Shown here in pieces: positions 61,213-64,000 of a stretch of 64,000 nt of DNA (positions are counted from its first letter, which is position 1; each line of letters opens with the position of its first letter). The position numbers and the translations under genes were made by a program. Origin of the DNA: an uncultured Actinomycetota bacterium (GTDB taxonomy: Bacteria > Actinomycetota > Actinomycetes > Actinomycetales > Dermatophilaceae); NCBI GenBank assembly GCA_963722015.1, contig CAVRMT010000027.1, positions 1,191 through 65,190 of the forward strand, given 5' to 3'. The notes beneath the pieces are model-generated. The model was not told the origin of the DNA, searched no databases, and saw only the letters and a list, made by a program, of their open reading frames with translations.

Positions 61213-62244
61213 TCAGGGGGTCTGTCCGGGCTGTGGGCGCGCATCCTGTCTCCACTCCCCTGCCACTGCGGCCAGGAGACCGTCGAGGACCGTCCGGGTG
61301 TGCGGCTCGTCGAGGGCCTCGCGCACCCAGGCGTGGGCAGCGGTTCGGCTGGGTGAGCGCGGGTTCGGGTGGAGCCAGTCGCCCGCTGCAGTCGCAGTGA
61401 TGTGGCCGAGCTGGGCGATCAGCATGGAGAAGTGTCCTCGGTGGCGGACCGTGGCCGGCCCACCGGCGGCGCGGTAGGCGTCCACGAGCGCGCGGGCTCG
61501 CGCCGGGTCGGTCCTTCCGAACTCGTAGAGCACGGCAGCGAGCTCCATGGCAGGGTCGGCAGGTCCGCTGTTGTCCCAGTCGATGATGCACAGCCCACCG
61601 CCCGCCACGGGCAGCACGTTGTCGGCCCACAGGTCGCGGTGGCAGGACCGCAGCATCTCGGGGGGTTCGAGCCAGTCCTCCAACGCGACGAGCTCGTCGC
61701 GCAGTTCCGCGAGCTGTTCGGCGAAGGGTGCCCCGGCGACGTGCAGCTCGGCGACGAGCTCGTCCCATCGCCCCTCGCCCACCGGTTCCTGCGACCACGG
61801 GTCGGGCTCCCCCCGGCTCGGGACGTCGAGGCGGTGGATCGCGGCCACCACCTCACCCACGGCCGCGGGGTCCACGAGCGGGTCCGCCCGCCCGAGGTCG
61901 ACCCAGCTGTGCACCCGAACGGCGATCTCGGCGGTCCCGTCGTGGCTTCCCACCTCGGCGAACACGGTGCCCTCCCGCGTGCGACGGATGGCGGGGGTGG
62001 GCACCCCGGCAGCGTGAGCGGCCTCCTGCAACGTGGCTGGGCCGGCAGCCTGCGCCTCGGCGACGTCACCGTAGGCCACCTTCACCGCCCACGGGCCGTC
62101 GGTGGTGTCGAGCCGCCACACCTGGCCCTGCCTGCCCCGGGCGACCGGGCCCTCGGACAGGGCCACGACCCGACCGAGCTCGAAGCAGCGGGCGACCTCG
62201 GCCGCATCCGGGCGGCTCGGGGCAGCAGGGCCGGGGCCCTCCAC
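61213..62244 (-). CDS. APH/phosphotransferase family protein
   Basis: RGRQGQVWRL, WAVK, CHRDLWADNV, IIDWDN; start uncertain. Confidence 0.85.
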   Translation of the reverse strand: MEGPGPAAPSRPDAAEVARCFELGRVVALSEGPVARGRQGQVWRLDTTDGPWAVKVAYGDVAEAQAAGPATLQEAAHAAGVPTPAIRRTREGTVFAEVGSHDGTAEIAVRVHSWVDLGRADPLVDPAAVGEVVAAIHRLDVPSRGEPDPWSQEPVGEGRWDELVAELHVAGAPFAEQLAELRDELVALEDWLEPPEMLRSCHRDLWADNVLPVAGGGLCIIDWDNSGPADPAMELAAVLYEFGRTDPARARALVDAYRAAGGPATVRHRGHFSMLIAQLGHITATAAGDWLHPNPRSPSRTAAHAWVREALDEPHTRTVLDGLLAAVAGEWRQDARPQPGQTP

Positions 62245-62276
62245 GTCACCCCTTGTCCCCGACCCGGCCACCACCT

Positions 62277-62588
62277 TCACCAGTCGTGGGGGTCGCGGTC
62301 GTCGCCGATCGCCACGGTCCAACCGGTGCCGCAGCCGAAGCACTTGTAGCCGGGGTTGTCAGCGCGGATCGAGGTGGCCGGGCCACGGTCCGCGGATAGG
62401 ACGACGGTCGTCTGGGTCCCGTGACAGGACGGGCACCGGACCAGCTCGTCTCTCGGGCCGGGGCACGAACCAGCCCTGGCCTCGGTCTCACTGGCCGCCT
62501 GCCGGGCGCCCCACGACATGGACCGGTCGACCTCCGGCCAGCTGAGCCGCCCCGCGTCGTCGGGGACGCTGGTACGGTGCGGGGTCAC
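62277..62588 (-). CDS. Small Zn-ribbon protein, hypothetical
   Basis: GTG with GAAGGAG RBS overlapping the MarR stop; CPSC...CFGC. Confidence 0.6.
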   Translation of the reverse strand: MTPHRTSVPDDAGRLSWPEVDRSMSWGARQAASETEARAGSCPGPRDELVRCPSCHGTQTTVVLSADRGPATSIRADNPGYKCFGCGTGWTVAIGDDRDPHDW

Positions 62589-63028
62589 GGTGACTCCTTC
62601 GTCATGCCGAGGACGAGCGCGTGCAGGGCCCCGCGGAGCTCCCCCAGCTCTTCTCCACACAACCCTGTCTGGGCCACGACGTCGTACTGCGCACGGGAGG
62701 CCGCCGCCTCCAGCTCCCTGCCGCGGGCGGTGAGGCCGATGTTGACCACGCGTCCGTCGACGGCGTCGACCTGTCGCTCGACGAAGCCAGCCGACTCCAG
62801 CCTGCGCAGCATCGGGCTGAGGGCGTGGGGCGACACCTGCAGACGGCCGGCGATGTCCTTGACCGGACCGCCGTCCTGCTCCCAGAGCACGAGCATGACC
62901 AGGTACTGCGGGTAGGTCAGCCCGATGCTCTCGAGCAGCGGACGGTACGCCCGGGTGACCTGGTTGGTCGCCGCGTACAGGGCGAAGCACAGCTGGTCAT
63001 CCAGGCGCAGGTTGGTGGGTGTGGTCAT
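62585..63028 (-). CDS. MarR family regulator, OhrR-like
   Basis: LDDQLCFALYAA, YRPLL..GLTYPQYLVMLVLWE. Confidence 0.9.
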   Translation of the reverse strand: MTTPTNLRLDDQLCFALYAATNQVTRAYRPLLESIGLTYPQYLVMLVLWEQDGGPVKDIAGRLQVSPHALSPMLRRLESAGFVERQVDAVDGRVVNIGLTARGRELEAAASRAQYDVVAQTGLCGEELGELRGALHALVLGMTKESP

Positions 63029-63051
63029 GGACGCTCCTTCGGCCAGCACCA

Positions 63052-63078
63052 AAATGTAGATCACGCGCGATGCGATTT
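63052..63078. promoter_or_regulatory. Imperfect palindrome upstream of the OhrR-like gene, possible operator
   Basis: AAATgtagATCACGCGCGATgcgATTT. Confidence 0.4.
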
Positions 63079-63331
63079 CCACCCCCACGGGGCACCGGTT
63101 CACGGCGGGCGCTCGGCGCGTTGGTCACAACTGGGTCACCATGTGACCGCAACCCCTCAGGTCGCTTCCCCTGGCGACCGCGGCCCACCACACTGGGCGT
63201 GCCGCCGACGCGGGGTCAGTATCCGGGGGGATGGCTGACCCCGCGGCGGCACCATCCTCAGGCCGTCAGGGCCGTCGAGCCCAGGCCCGCGGGCCACCCG
63301 AGCGGGGCACGTGCCCCCAGGCTCGGTCGCG

Positions 63332-63784
63332 TCAGCGGGTCAGCCCGAAGTCGGGGATGACCACGGCCGCGGGGGGTCGCAGCACCTGCGCCGTCGACGG
63401 GCGACCGCTGCGCAGCTTGGCCACGACCGCGAGGATCTGCGCCTGCGTGAACGGCTTGGTGACGTACTGGTTGGCACCGGCGAGCAGGCCGGCGTCGATC
63501 TCGAAGGGCGAGGTGCGGGCGCTGACCAGCACCACGGGTATGTGCGCCAGCCGACGTTGGCGACGGATCCACCAGCAGACCTCGATCCCGCTGAGGCCCG
63601 GCATCTGCACGTCGAGGAGGATGATCTCGGGGAGCAGGCTCTCCAGCAGCTGCACCGCCTGGCGGCCGTCGTGCGCCTGGACCGCCACCATCCCGGCGTT
63701 GCCCACCACCACGGACAGCACCTCGCGGGCGTCCTCGTCGTCGTCAGCGATGAGGGCGACCGGCTGGGCGCCGGGGATCGTCAT
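63332..63784 (-). CDS. Single-domain response regulator, close paralog of 58920..59348
   Basis: LIADDD, LLDVQMPGLSGIEVCWWIRRQR, YVTKPF. Confidence 0.9.
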   Translation of the reverse strand: MTIPGAQPVALIADDDEDAREVLSVVVGNAGMVAVQAHDGRQAVQLLESLLPEIILLDVQMPGLSGIEVCWWIRRQRRLAHIPVVLVSARTSPFEIDAGLLAGANQYVTKPFTQAQILAVVAKLRSGRPSTAQVLRPPAAVVIPDFGLTR

Positions 63785-64000
63785 CTCGCGGTCACGTCCA
63801 GCGCACCCCGGACACCGAGGGCCGCCACGGGGACGGGGGTCGACAAGATGATCGCGCCTCCTACGGCGGTGCTGACAGGAGGAGACCGAATTTACCGTCG
63901 AGGTTCCGGGAGCGGGGCACAATGCGGAAATTGTGCCCCTTCGACGTGTACCGGGGGCTGACCGACCCCGAGCCGATGACCTCGGCGGTTGCTCTTCGGC

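Overview
High-GC actinobacterial chromosome segment. The gene content and order (pth-rplY ... prs-glmU ... tRNA-Gln-TetR ... tam/tamR, ABC-F, ispE, rsmA, rpfB, tatD, metG, rsmI, pmt) suggest a Micrococcales/Intrasporangiaceae-like organism (inference). Three accessory blocks interrupt the backbone. (1) A ~20.5 kb island between rplY and prs (4.6-25.0 kb) is the best candidate for an undescribed system. It holds a TerY-P-like triad (Ser/Thr kinase, vWA protein, membrane-anchored PP2C), five FHA domains spread over a membrane trypsin-like protease, a SARP regulator and an EccC/EssC-like triple ATPase, two WXG100-type proteins, an EspG-like ORF, two paralogous putative substrates with a Cys-Cys motif, and four membrane proteins sharing an unnamed ~100-aa N-terminal domain in front of different C-terminal modules. 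It reads as a phospho-Thr-gated minimal type VII secretion or conflict system. (2) A ~9 kb islet between glmU and an atypical tRNA-Gln(UUG), with ars genes, a DUF222-HNH gene, class F sortase plus substrate, a cupredoxin and a region-2-only sigma. (3) A two-component signalling cluster at 56.6-64 kb, including a stand-alone H-box mini-protein. Six accessory genes show apparent +1 frameshifts, possibly sequencing errors. All calls come from reading motifs by eye; no searches were run.
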